Position numbers and translations under genes: made by a program. This document shows, one piece after another, positions 26,744-39,370 of a stretch of DNA of 64,000 bases. Source of the DNA: Macrostomum lignano (lineage: Eukaryota); the NCBI GenBank assembly GCA_002269645.1, contig NIVC01000132.1:310001-374000 (forward strand), written 5' to 3'. The notes below the pieces were generated by a model that saw nothing but the letters and a program-made list of their open reading frames with translations, was not told the origin of the DNA and did not search any database. The number at the start of each line of letters is the position of its first letter. The first letter of the stretch is position 1.

Positions 26744-26936
26744 GACCAGATCGGTTTCTACATGGAGCCAAATCTCAACAAATTTTACTGCGGACAAACC
26801 ACGGAGCTGCTAGCCAGGGTCTTCAACATGACCAACTTTGAGGAGCTCACGCCGCCGATCTTCGCTGATGACTGCGCGCACGCGGCAGCCAAGTGCCTCG
26901 CCTGCCAGAACCAGAAGGAGGACAAGTGCCAGCAGC
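26744..26936 (+). CDS. Gene 1 exon (DQIGFYMEPNLNKFYC...EDKCQQ)
   Basis: TTTTTCTATCAG acceptor, C|GTGAGG donor, phase 0 to 1, Cys-rich. Confidence 0.85.
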
Positions 26937-27004
26937 GTGAGGGACCAGCTGGTGTTGGCTGACTGCCTGACAGTTGTGTTGATCTGGTGGCTTTCAGGTG
27001 GCTG

Positions 27005-27908
27005 AGTGCTGGATCACTGAGGGATCTGTGAAGGGTGCTGGATCACTGAGGGATCTGTGAAGGGTGCTGGATCCCTGAAGGATCTGTTAGGAAAGTGTGC
27101 TGGATCACTGAGGGATCTGTGAAGGGTGCTGGATCGCTGAGGGATCCGTGAAGTGTGCTGGATCACTGAGGGATCCGTGAAGTGTGCTGGATCACTGAGG
27201 GATCCGAGAAGTGTGCTGGATCACTGAGGGATCTGTGAAGTGTGCTGGATCACTGAGGGATCTGTGAAGTGTGCTGGATCACTGAGGGATCTGAGAGGGA
27301 AGTTTGCTGGGTCACTGATGGATCTGAGAGGGAAGTGTGCTGGATCACTGAGGATCTGAGAGGGAAGTGTGCTGGATCACTGAGGATCTGAGAGGGAAGT
27401 GTGCTGGATCACTGATGGATCTGAGAGGGAAGTGTGCTGGATCACTGAGGATCTGAGAGGGAAGTGTGCTGGATCACTGATGGATCTGAGAGGGAAGTGT
27501 GCTGGATCACTGAGGATCTGAGAGGGAAGTGTGCTGGATCACTGAGGATCTGAGAGGGAAGTGTGCTGGATCACTGAGGATCTGAGAGGGAAGTGTGCTG
27601 GATCACTGAGGGATCTGAGAGGGAAGTGTGCTGGATCACTGAGGATCTGAGAGGGAAGTGTGCTGGATCACTGATGGATCTGAGAGGGAAGTGTGCTGGA
27701 TCACTGAGGATCTGAGAGGGAAGTGTGCTGGATCACTGAGGATCTGAGAGGGAAGTGTGCTGGATCACTGAGGATCTGAGAGGGAAGTGTGCTGGATCAC
27801 TGATGGATCTGAGAGGGAAGTGTGCTGGATCACTGAGGATCTGAGAGGGAAGTGTGCTGGATCACTGAGGATCTGAGAGGGAAGTGTGCTGGATCACTGA
27901 TGGATCTG
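27005..27908. repeat. ~27-33-bp minisatellite (GTGTGCTGGATCACTGAGGATCTGAGAGGGAA core)
   Basis: Tandem periodicity, with unit length drifting along the array. Confidence 0.95.
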
Positions 27909-27995
27909 TAAAGAGAAAAGTTGCAAAGTGTAGTTAAAAAAATACGACTAAAATAGAAAAATTACAATAGGAATTAATAATTTTCTGCTCCACAG

Positions 27996-28100
27996 CCGGC
28001 CTGGGCGTCTCCTGCTGCAAGCTGGAGTGCTTCAGCTCCCTGGCCTGCAGCAGCTTCTACAGAGAGACTTGCATGAAAGTGGAGCCAGTCTGCGCCAGGG
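27996..28100 (+). CDS. Gene 1 exon (GLGVSCCKLECFSSLACSSFYRETCMKVEPVCAR)
   Basis: CCACAG acceptor, G|GTGAGC donor, phase 1 to 1, 105 nt, 6 Cys. Confidence 0.85.
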
Positions 28101-28271
28101 GTGAGCGAGGCCTCTTCTGATGCGTTTGATTTTCAATTCAGTTCACTGCCTTCACTACTTAGCTACTATAAGTAGCTGATAAAAAATCACTAGAGATACA
28201 CAAGACTAGAAGTGAGGCCAGTCACAAGGCATGGAGAGCGTACACACTCATGAGGATTGTAGCCTAGCCTA

Positions 28272-28593
28272 GGGTTGTAGCCTAGTAGAGGGCTGTACCC
28301 TAGTGGTTAGACGTCGGACTCACGACTTGAAGGTCGGGGTGTTCGATTCCCGATCCCACTGGAACAATTTGTGTCTTTCATCAAGACACTTTAATATGCA
28401 TAGCTTCAGTTCACCCAGCTGTAAAATGGGAGCCAGCATTAGCTGGGGTAATTGAGGGTGCGTGTGGCGACCCCCCCCCCCCCAGTCCTTGGACTGAACA
28501 GCCGTACGCAGCCTTCAGATGCGCCGCGCAATAGCTGCGGCTGAGCTGTCGGTTGCACATCTGCACCATAGGGCATGTGTAATCAATTATTAT
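28272..28593 (+). mobile_element. tRNA-derived SINE, copy 2 (inverted relative to copy 1)
   Basis: Colinear homology to the reverse complement of 24377-24705; B box GTTCGATTCC; ATTATTATT tail. Confidence 0.85.
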
Positions 28594-29299
28594 TCCTTTT
28601 CTTTGTTGCCAACTCAGATTTCTACAAAAATTGTACATTAACTAAAACTTGCGTCGCTTAACATAGCCAAGCATTTAATGCATGTTTAGACTACTTAGTA
28701 AGTAGTGAAACTGGTGTGTTAGTTCGTACGTTTAGCAAAACCCGCTCTAATAACCGGGGAATCCATGGGGAACCAATGCACGATCCCGTCTCCATCGCCT
28801 GTGTCAGGCTCCGACATCTCTGTCAATATTAGACGCAATTATTCATTAGGCGGAGCTCTTTTGATCATTTTTTAACAGAAGAGTAGTGAGGAAAATTCTT
28901 CGAAAATATTCCCTTGCTTGTAATAATCTCTTCTCATCAGTGAATCAGTAAAAATTCATTGAAGCAGTGATTCAGATCTATGCCTTTTTTCATTTTTGCG
29001 CTTAGGGAAATCAAATCCCACGATTTTGTTCTGTCTCTAATCCTCTAGGACTAAGGCTCGGCGAGGTGTTGAGAGACAAAATAATCGAAGGGATTAAAGC
29101 CATCTCTGTAAGGAACCACCGTCTTTCTTAATACGCCCTCCACTGGCTGAAAAAGCGGGCGTTGGGTGACCCTTGTGCGGACTGGTGCCAGAATATGGAG
29201 CTCTAGATTATAGATATCTGGAAAGGAAACTGCCGACTGGATCCATGGAGCTCTATCCCTAAATCTTTACTATATACAGAAAGCTTCTGATTAAACCAA

Positions 29300-29720
29300 G
29301 TCATGGAGTTCTTAACTTAGTGTCTAGAGAGGTAAACTACCCCACATGACAGTCCAAGTCATGAAGTTCTTACTTTATTAAAGTCTAAAGAGGGAAACTA
29401 CAAGCCCAATTTATGGAATTCTTAACTTATTAGAGTTTAGAGAGGGAAACTACGAGCCCAAGGCATGGAGTTCTTAATTTATTTAAATCTGGAGAGAGAA
29501 ACTATTCAATACAAGCCCAAGTCATGGAGTTCTTAACTTATTAGTCTAGAAACCACTAGTGCAAGTCATGGAGCTCTTAACTCAGAATCTGGAGAGGGAA
29601 ACCACGAGTCTAATTCATGGAGTTCTCAACTTATTAGAGTCTAGAGAGAGAAACAAGTTCAACCCATGGAATTATTATCAGATATTAGAATCTGGAGAGG
29701 AAACTACGACAGCAAGCATG
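29300..29720. repeat. Degenerate ~55-bp tandem repeat (CAAGTCATGGAGTTCTTAACTTATTAGAGTCTAGAG core)
   Basis: About 7 diverged units. Confidence 0.75.
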
Positions 29721-30337
29721 GAAGCCTATGCATTATAATCCGGAGTAAAAACTCTGATAAAATGATAAAATATTTAAACAACGAACTGACCTTGAAGAAC
29801 TCCCGTTTTTTAGGCTATAAAATACAATCCAATTATCCATTGCGTCAGTTGGACAATGAGTCCATATTTTTCTCGTAAAAATCCCTAATTGGGAATTTTT
29901 TCAGACAAATTTTGCATTACGAGGAAGTTTATTTGCGCTGAATCAATTTAGCCGAATTGGTATCTCCCTAGCAGGCTATAAACATATGCGAAGTAGTTTT
30001 GCAGACAATAATTCACTTTGAGCATATGGCTGATGAGATTAAGGCTTAAGCTGGCAATCAGCAAGACAGCCCCGCCCCCCACGGCCCACAAACCCGCGAT
30101 TAACAGCTTAGGAGTTGTCGTCAGGAGGAGGGATTAGCGTCTAATCAAATCTGTTTGCAAGAGTAGCGCTGCTCTTACAGGCCGCTGAGTTCGGAAGAGG
30201 CGAACAGAGATGGAATTTAATTTCAGACCAATTTAGATTCGTACATTGCTTTGATCTAATCTGCTTCTGCGATTGCAATTGAAGTGAAACTTTTTTACGA
30301 GCCGAACTAAGAGTTTGCTTACCTAACAAACCTGCAG

Positions 30338-30686
30338 GCGACGTGGACCGGTTCGTTCTCACGCCAACATTTGACGGCTTCTCGCACGCCAACAGGACCT
30401 ATTTCCTGTGTCACGTGACCTACGAGCCCCCGGACCAGCTGTACAGCATTGGCTACAACGTCAGCCTGGCCGGCGACGGGGACGCGGCGGAGTGGCGCGG
30501 CGACACCCTGTGGCAGCGGGTGCCATCGGCGAACGCCAGCTTCCACCGGCGGGGCAGCGTGGACTTCGGGCCGCTGAGGGTGACGCACGACGCTGAGATC
30601 GACCTGCCGCAGGACTACATTGTGCACGGCAGCCTGTGGCAGCAGCGGCAGCGGACCATGGCAAATCTTACTGTGCACCAGCTCAG
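30338..30686 (+). CDS. Gene 1 exon (DVDRFVLTPTFDG...ANLTVHQL)
   Basis: CTGCAG acceptor, AG|GTAAGG donor, phase 1 to 2, strong GC3 bias, 4 N-glycosylation sequons. Confidence 0.9.
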
Positions 30687-30879
30687 GTAAGGACTGAGGA
30701 GAATCGGGGGGGGGGGAGTTCATCTTGAAAGATTTGAAGCCGTCACTAGAATCATAGAGAAGGTTTTCTAGAACTAATGAACAAAAATTTATTCTAAAGT
30801 CTAAAAGTTTTCAGAATGTTGTCCGAGGTCAGATTATTCAAAATCAGTAGGTTATCAATTATCAGCTTAGCCAAGGTCA

Positions 30880-31080
30880 GAATATTATCCAGGGTCAGAA
30901 GATTATCCAGGGTCAAAAGGTCATCTAGGGTCAAAAAGGTCATCCAGGATCAAAAGGTCTTCCAGGATCTAAAGGTCATCCAGGGTCAAAAGGTCATCCA
31001 GGATCAAAAGGTCATCCAGGGTCAAAAAGTCATACAGGATTATTAAAAGGTTATTCAGGGTCAAAAGGTTATCCACGGTT
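30880..31080. repeat. Degenerate 18-bp repeat (ATCCAGGGTCAAAAGGTC)
   Basis: Tandem periodicity. Confidence 0.8.
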
Positions 31081-31121
31081 TCCAAGCCATTTTAGTACGC
31101 AGCCGTCTCCCACGTGCGCAG

Positions 31122-31401
31122 GTCGGACACGGAGCCCATGAACGGCACAATCCGAGTTGAGACGCCGCTGTCGGGCTCGCCCTATTACACAGCGGTTGTC
31201 CAGGTGCGCCGGCCGTTCGACGTGTCCTCGCTAACTGGCTCAGCCACCACTGCCACATGAACAGCTCCCTGCTGACACCGGCGGACAAGATCTACGCCGA
31301 CAAGGGTCAGCTCATTGACCAGGAGATGCCGGTAGCCAAGGACGGAGTGTTTTATTACACCCTGCAGTCCGGCTACCTGGCCATTGAGATTCAAATACCC
31401 G
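31122..31401 (+). CDS. Gene 1 exon with an apparent 1-nt frameshift near 31224 (SDTEPMNGTIRV...PFDV / VLANWLSHHC...IEIQIP)
   Basis: GCGCAG acceptor in phase 2 and G|GTAAGG donor in phase 1. Two coding-like frames meet at GACGTGTCCTC. An alternative acceptor at 31193 avoids the frameshift but gives a poorer codon pattern. Confidence 0.7.
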
Positions 31402-31494
31402 GTAAGGGACTTCATTTAGTGACTTGAGATCAGCTAGGTTGCGAGGTCTTCTTCAGTTTAGAGGTAATCTGGGATTGTGAGCAGTCACTTGAGA

Positions 31495-32215
31495 TCATGG
31501 GGGTCATCTGGGATCATGAGGGTCATCTGGGACCATGGGGGTCATCTGGGATCATGAGGTCATCTATGATCGTGGGGTCATCTGGGATCATGGGTTCATC
31601 TGGGATCATGGGTTCATCTGGGATCATGGGGGTCATCTGGGATCATGGGGGTCATCTATGATCGTGGGGTCATCTGGGATCATGAGGGTCATCTGGGATC
31701 ATGAGGTCATCTATGATCGTGGGGTCATCTGGTATCATTGGTTTATCTGGGATAATGGGGTCATCTGGGATCAATGGAGTCATCTGGGATCATGGGGGTC
31801 ATCTATGATCGTGGGGTCATCTGGGATCAATGGAGTCATCTGGGATCATGGGGTCATCTATGATCGTGGGGTCATCTGGGATCATAGGGGTCATTTATGA
31901 TCGTGGGGTCATCTATGATCTGGGATCAATGGAGTCATCTGGGATCATGGGGGTCATCTGGGATCATGGGGTCATCTGGGATCGTGGGGTCATCTATGAT
32001 CTGGGATCAATGGAGTCATCTGGGATCATGGGGGTCATCTGGGATCATGGGGGTCATCTGGGATCATGGGGGTCATCTGGGATCAATGGAGTCATCTGGG
32101 ATCATGGGGGTCATCTATGATCGTGGGGTCATCTATGATCTGCGATCAATGGAGTCATCTGCGATCATGGGGTCATCTATGATCGTGGGTCATCTGGGAT
32201 CAATGGAGGTCATCG
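31495..32215. repeat. 18/19-bp degenerate minisatellite (GGGGTCATCTGGGATCAT)
   Basis: Tandem periodicity. Confidence 0.9.
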
Positions 32216-32470
32216 AGGGATCTTGGGGGAGGGGTCATCCAGAGGTTCATGATACTTTGAAGCCACCTCACTGTGCCCTGGAGTACTATTGTGTACTGAC
32301 TAAAAATGATGTTGATTGGAAATCCAGGCAGAGCTCATTGACATGAAGTGCATTCGAACTCGATCCCCTAGTGCTACAGTACAAGGGAGCGATTTACTTT
32401 TCCTTAAATCGCCCCCCCAAAAAAAGAATCAAGGAATCGAGGACTTGAGTAGCCTCCGACCCTGCTCCAG

Positions 32471-32655
32471 CAATTATCCTGGCGGCCAAGCCAAGTGGAG
32501 GGGGTCCACAGGAGCCAGATGGAGACACGAAGACTCTGGCCGGCATCAACTGGACAGAAATTCTACAAAGTACTGCAGCGGAGAGGATTGAGGGGGGGGG
32601 AGAGATTTCCCTGTCTGTCTCTCCTCCCAGGCTGAACCGGGATCCAGGAGGCTAG
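32471..32655 (+). CDS. Possible terminal exon of gene 1 (IILAAKPSGGGPQEPDG...DPGG*)
   Basis: CTGCTCCAG acceptor in phase 1, matching the previous donor, and open to TAG at 32653-32655. No independent support. Confidence 0.4.
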
Positions 32656-33276
32656 TAGAGGGGGGGGGGGCAGCGGGGTCGCGCAGTTTAGCCCAATCTA
32701 ATTATGCAAACTAGGTGCGATGAAATTAGAGAAATCCCATTTCTAATTTTCTTATTTTCTCCATTTCAAGCCGGCCAGCCCTGTCGGGGGGGGGAGAGAA
32801 CTGTTGGAGCAGAAGCGAAAGTGAAAACCAGGGAGTCTGGCGTGGGTTGGGGAAGGAAGGAAGAGCAAAGTCGCAGTTGCAGCATATTCCCCCCTAGTCT
32901 CTTACTCACAACTATCCCAGCTTTAATTTTCAAACAAGCGAAGGCCCTGGATGGATGGGAGATGTCGATTGACTGTCGGTTGGTCTGTCAGTTGCGCTTC
33001 GGTGAGCTCGTCTGGCCTCCAGTAAGCCTTTCTTGGCTACCGCTGACTACTCAGATCCTGGTCTGAGCACGGGCTCAAGCCTGGAAAGTGCTTAAAGAAA
33101 TGCAACCGCATTTCGAGTATCAATTCGACTCTAGAGCTGTTCTAACTAATTAAACCTAGCTTTAGAAATCTGTACTTGCGGCTAGACCCGAGACAGATAA
33201 CCTACTGCAGTTCTGCAAAAAAAGTGTTTATTTGACTTAAAAGCTATTTTACGCTAACTTCTGTGTGTAGCAGACC

Positions 33277-33768
33277 ATAAACACTAGCTGGCCATAGACA
33301 CTTCCATACCATAAATACTAGCTGGCCATAGACACTTCCATACCATAAACACTAGCTGGCCATAGACACTTCCATACCATAAACACTAGCTGGCCATAGA
33401 CACTTCCATACCATAAACACTAGCTGGCCATAGACACTTCCATACCATAAACACTAGCTGGTCATAGACACTTCCATACCATAAATACTAGCTGGCCATA
33501 GACACTTCCATACCATAAACACTAGCTGGTCATAGACACTTCCATACCATAAATACTAGCTGGCCATAGACACTTCCATACCATAAACACTAGCTGGCCA
33601 TAGACACTTCCATACCATAAACACTAGCTGGCCATAGACACTTCCATACCATAAACACTAGCTGGTCATAGACACTTCCATACCATAAACACTAGCTGGC
33701 CATAGACACTAACAGGCCATAAACACTAGCTGGCCATAGACACTAACAGGCCATAAACACTAGCTGGT
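33277..33768. repeat. 34-bp minisatellite (ACTAGCTGGCCATAGACACTTCCATACCATAAAC), ~14 copies
   Basis: Tandem periodicity. Confidence 0.95.
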
Positions 33769-34354
33769 CAAAGAAAGTGAATTTCTCTATCGGAGCATGA
33801 AAAACTCTTAGTAAAAAAAATTGAAGCATTTTTTTTATTTTTACACAGATTCCACAATACTTAAACTTTGTTATGAGCTCGAGAAACTGGAACGAACTTC
33901 TTGAAGTTGACGAAGCTATTTTTTGGCATGACCTGAAAATCTACTCCGGTGATCCTTCTCCATTCATAACTGCTAATTAATCCCAGAATTCTGCGCTGAC
34001 AATGGCGCAGAAAAATTTCTGTGTGGGCAGCGAATCATTTAATTATTCGCGGGCCTGGAACCGCATTGTCTGCATTCATATTGTACTCAGCAATATTGGG
34101 GCCTCAGTTCTCCTATCGACACTGCATCCATTCCTCAGAGAAATTTCTATATAAAATATAGAAAAATTAAATAGAGAAATTGCGAAAATCGTCTTTCGCT
34201 AACTGGTTTGTTGAACAATAAAACAAACATTTTTTGAGTTCCTCGCGACAACTGAACACAATTCCTCCCTCTACATCAATTGTTCTCAGCTGTCCTTACT
34301 TTGCTATCTCTTTCTGATTATTTTCTGATCTCTCTCTTTCTCTCTCTCTCTGAA

Positions 34355-34764
<410 letters not shown>

Positions 34765-36679
34765 CTGTTTCTAATCTCGCTAATTTCTTTTAGCTCTCTC
34801 TTTTCTCTCTGATCTCTCAACTAATTGACGCCCTGCAGTATAACAACTCAATAAGAGTTTCATAAAATCTGTTTAAGCTGTTTAAGCTTCTAAATTTAGC
34901 GTTGCGTCATCCTTATACTAATCGATGAGTTTCCTTACAGCGCGCAATAGAACTCCAATTTGGCAAATTGCTTGAACATAAAGTGACGCCAATGCATTGA
35001 TGCTCGATCGATAGAGCAGTTCAATAGCAGGCTGGGAGAGGGGGAACAGAGCGATGGAGGCGGAAGCGGCGCCCGCCACAAGCCAGTCAGTCTGCAACTC
35101 TTGCGGACTGGACTCAATCCCGGCAGCCACTCAGTCTCTCACCACTAGCGCAGCCCGCTTGATTCTTTGAATCCAAAATATGTCAAGTGGTCAATCATTT
35201 GCAGGCGGTGAACCGGCGACCGGCCGTCTCTCCGCCCCCCCCCCCTGTGTCTGTCCGTACAAAGCCGCCACAAGTCATTAAGGAAGCCGCGCGCCTAAAG
35301 CCGTTCTCAGCCTCTCTCCCTCCTCTACGGAGCGGCTCCGCCTTCCCCGGCGCTTCATCATTCAGAAGCTGGACGGGGCGCCCCCAGCCAGCCTCGAGGG
35401 AGCAACTCGCACCGCGCGGCTTCGTCCTGAAGTTTGCCTGACGACAAGTTTAGCCGTTTCTCCCCCCCCCCCTGTCGATGGAAACAAACCTGCGGGGCGG
35501 ATTAGCCCAAGTAATCAGAAGGTGCGCGCGAGTCGTGAGAGGCCTCGCGAGGCCAATTTAAAAGCTGCGGAGAGGTCGGTCAGGCAAGGCGCAGCGGGGA
35601 GTCGCCCGGCTTTCGGCTCAAAATCACGGACTCCACTTTCCCTGTCAGCTTTTCTCCTCATTTCTGAATGCGAAATTGCGCCCCGCGTCAGCTTCAGGTC
35701 TGGCAGTCATCTGTCTGTTTTCCTTCAAGCATTGCCTGCACCGCCGCAGCCTCCGCCTCTCTCCATCAGTTTCTCACTACACGGCTCTCCGGTCGTTGTT
35801 TAGACCCCCCGCTGTCGACTCTCATTAGCGAGTAAGTCAGCCGGCTCTGCGCAGTCTGCTAGCGGGTCCTGCATGTAGGCATTTTGCTTTTTTGCTCAGA
35901 AGAGAAAGCTTTTTCCCTTCATTCTGCAATTCACTTTTTTTCTTTTGCGATCATCTTTATTTGGCTTCTCTTTTGTCAAACATTGCTGGCATATTTTCGC
36001 CACTCGAAAGCACTCAGATTGGCTCTCTCTTCGGTTCTCGAATCAGCTCAATGCTTCTGGAAAGTTTCAACTTGTTGATGGCAGGTGCAAATACCCGGAA
36101 TGCTAATCAACGGGACCCCAGAAAACCTGGAGACTGTATGGGAAAGACAGAGCCGTCAGTCTCAACTGGCTGACACCTCTAGCTGCAAGCTCATTGGTCT
36201 GCCCAGCCCAGCCTCTCCAATACTGCTCCATCTATATCAATCCGCTGTCCTATCCAGGCGCAGTCACAGCAGCCAGTTTATCAGTCCCTAATCTCTAGGC
36301 GCTTTGAATTTTCATTGCAAGCTAAGCTATAAGGCGTACTCAATTTTACAACACCTACAGAGGGACAGTCGCTGCTGAGGCACTACTTCTGCAGAGACGC
36401 TCCATCGCCTAGATTGGCAAGTTCCGCTGGCAGTCTGACCTACTCTGGCGATGGTCTGTGGACAATTAACATTACAGGTGAGCTGCGACTTAATAAACTG
36501 AGCCTCTCTCACCCACCTTAGGCTGGTGGGAATTGCGTGACTCAGGGTTGCAACCCGATTTCCTTTGCACCCCCGGTGGCAATAATTGAGAGCTGAGAGA
36601 GAGAGAGCTCACTAGCATTTTGGCTGCCGGGATCAGTTCCTGTAAGACTACTTGGGCGGGCAGATCTCTATGGAAGCAC

Positions 36680-36682
<3 letters not shown>

Positions 36683-36745
<63 letters not shown>
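36683..36745. repeat. (GA)n microsatellite
   Basis: Seen directly. Confidence 0.95.
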
Positions 36746-36749
<4 letters not shown>

Positions 36750-39370
36750 TCGGGTACATGGGAAGCGAAGGAGGGACAGGAGAGGGATAATCTGAGGATT
36801 TCACTCTTCGCTTTGCGCCTTCGTCCGCCATTTTCTGCTTTTTGGCAACAGAAAAGAGAGAGAGCGAAAGAAGAAGGAGGGAAAAGCTAAGCCTTAGAAA
36901 GAGAACTGAGGCGCGGTGGGGATTAAGAAAGGCTCTCATTAATTTTCTACCCAGTCGCCCTCTGCGTGTCGCTTTAGCAACCCGGACCAGGCGGCCCCTT
37001 CCATCCTTGCCTGGGTTTCTCGCATCAGTTTTCCCATTTTTTGGGGGGGGGGCAGTGGGGATTTGTAGGCTTCGGATGGCGGTGTCGGGACGGCTATTTA
37101 TGAATCTGGCCGAATGCTACTCATCACTGAGCGGCTTTTCTCAACCAGCCCGAGAGGGAGAGAGCAGCTTAGCTGAGCAGGCTCCGGTCTCACGCACGAC
37201 GGCGCTCCTTCACACCCCCCATCCTTCAAACATTTGAATGCCTTGTGCGCGTGGACGCTCAGATTGAAACAGCTTCATGCGAGGGCATTCAGAGTCGCCG
37301 ACTCACGAATGACTATGCATTTATCCATATAGATATAAATATTTTTTCAGCTAATCCATCTAAATCTAAGTTGTTAGACTCTGCGCGCAGATCAGCAGTC
37401 CCCCCCCGGGCTGTCATTAAGATCCTTCAATCCATCAAGCTTCAACCGGGCTCTGAAACCCCCCTCCCGCTGTGCAAAGTGGGCCGCTTCCGTGTCAGTG
37501 AGATGAGAAGTGAGTAGGTGGGTATAGAGAGACAGAGATGAAGTGCAGAGTCTGAATCCAGGTGGGCTGCCTCAGAAATCAGAATGAATTTTGAGCTGAT
37601 GTTGCCGCAGTCACGCAAACCGAAGTCCGCGTGCGCCAAAACGTTAAGTCAAAAACATAAATTTTTGTTTCAACTCGATTCTGACAGCTGCTGAACAGAT
37701 CTGGGCTGTGGCAGCGATGCTAGCAAAACTCTGTGTCATAAATTTCAATAACATTTCTCTCAATTGGTCGATAGGCCCTGGGGCAGAGCGCTGGGGGGGG
37801 GGGTTATTACAGTGCGCATCATTGATCGGGGCGGGCACAGGTATTCTGCCCGTGTGTGTGTTCTTTTTTAATTTTTATGGCCCAGCCGGCCTTGAAAGCC
37901 GGTCCCAAAATTGGCGTCAGAACGGCAGAGAATGGGTATATTTCCTGCAACGAGAAAAATTTGTAGCCAAGCGCATTTTTTCTGAGTAAAAGAAGCAGTC
38001 GCCAACGCCACGGAATTTGATATATTGCTGTCTGCCTGCCCGCCTGTCTGGCATTGCGCATGGGCTCTGCTGCTGCTGGTCGCCCGCCTTACCTCCCTGC
38101 TCCCCCAATGAGTCTCTGCCTCTCGCACACCTGGCCTCAGTACCTGGGCTCATTAGCCCTCCACCCCCAGGCTATAAACCTCCACTCTCATCCCCTACTA
38201 AATGGGGAATTGACGATGAACTGAAATCTGCATTCAGCAGGGTTTCATCGCCTCCCAAGGACCCCCGTCGCCGACGTGTTTGTTGAAGCGTGTCCTGCAA
38301 CGTCGACACGGCCAATTTGTGGCGACCGCTCCCCCCCCCCCCCCCGTCACAGCCAGGTGCGACTGTGGAGGTACAAGAGACAGATTGACCGGGAAGCCTT
38401 GGTCTTTAAAAATGCTTTCAGCTCGGCATCTGCCAAGGGGCATGCGTCACGTCAATCAGGGTCGCCCTTGAAACTCCTGAGGACTGTCGCCTCTCTCTCT
38501 CTCTCTCACCTGAAACCTTCGCTGTAATGAAAGAGGCAGCCGTGTTTGCTCTTCTGCTCCCTTGCTAGGCGTGCGTTCGATACTTTCCTGTCACTCGCCC
38601 ACCCGACTCTGCATGGCTGGCTGCCTGGCAGGACTTCCCAGAGTTGAGAATCGGGGGGGGGGGGGCTCTGGGGTGGCCGGAGCCACGTGCCCGCAAGCAA
38701 CTTAACCCCCGTGTGTTTAGCAAGTGGACTGCCAGCTGCTGCAGTTCTCCGCCTTCTACTCTTCCGTCAGCGCCTTTCGCCTCTCCCCATCTTCTCTCCT
38801 GGCATGCTGGGAGGCTTCCCCAGTAGATTAGCAAGGTTGTAGCCCAATAGTTGCTGCTTGTCACTGTTTTGTTCCGAGTGAGTGAACGAGAAAAAAACTT
38901 GCATGAGTTTTTCTCCTGCTCTCCGCTGGCGTCTCCCCGCCCCCCCCCCTAGTTCCTCCCCCGCCAGTTCCTGTTGTTGCCGGAAAAACAGCAGCACAAC
39001 TGCAGTAAGACTGCGGGCCTGGAGTGGGCCACTTCAGCAGGAGCTGGAATGGAAAGTTGTTGCTGTTTTTCTCTCTCTCTCTCTCCCTGCCTCCCTCAGT
39101 CTCGCCGGAATCTGAAGCCGAGACGGAGAGGTGCAGCTTAGTTGTGAGGTGCTCGCGCGATGAGCGCGTCAGACCCGACACCTGGGTCTGGGGGGGGGGG
39201 GTGGGGCCACCGCAGCTGGTCCGGACAGAGCTGAGCGGCTGTTGCTTCCAGCAATTGCTAGCTTAGGAAGAGCGAGAGTGAAGTTTTGAGGCCCCTCTGT
39301 TTTATTTGGGTCTCTAAACCCAGATTGACTCTTTCAGTGACAGCTTCGATTTGCATGACTGGTACCTGTA

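Noticed and set aside
31193-31401. Alternative acceptor at 31193 that avoids the gene 1 frameshift
   Set aside because: Possible, but the added codons have A/T-rich third positions unlike other exons, while the 31122 frame is strongly coding-like. Not excluded without RNA data.
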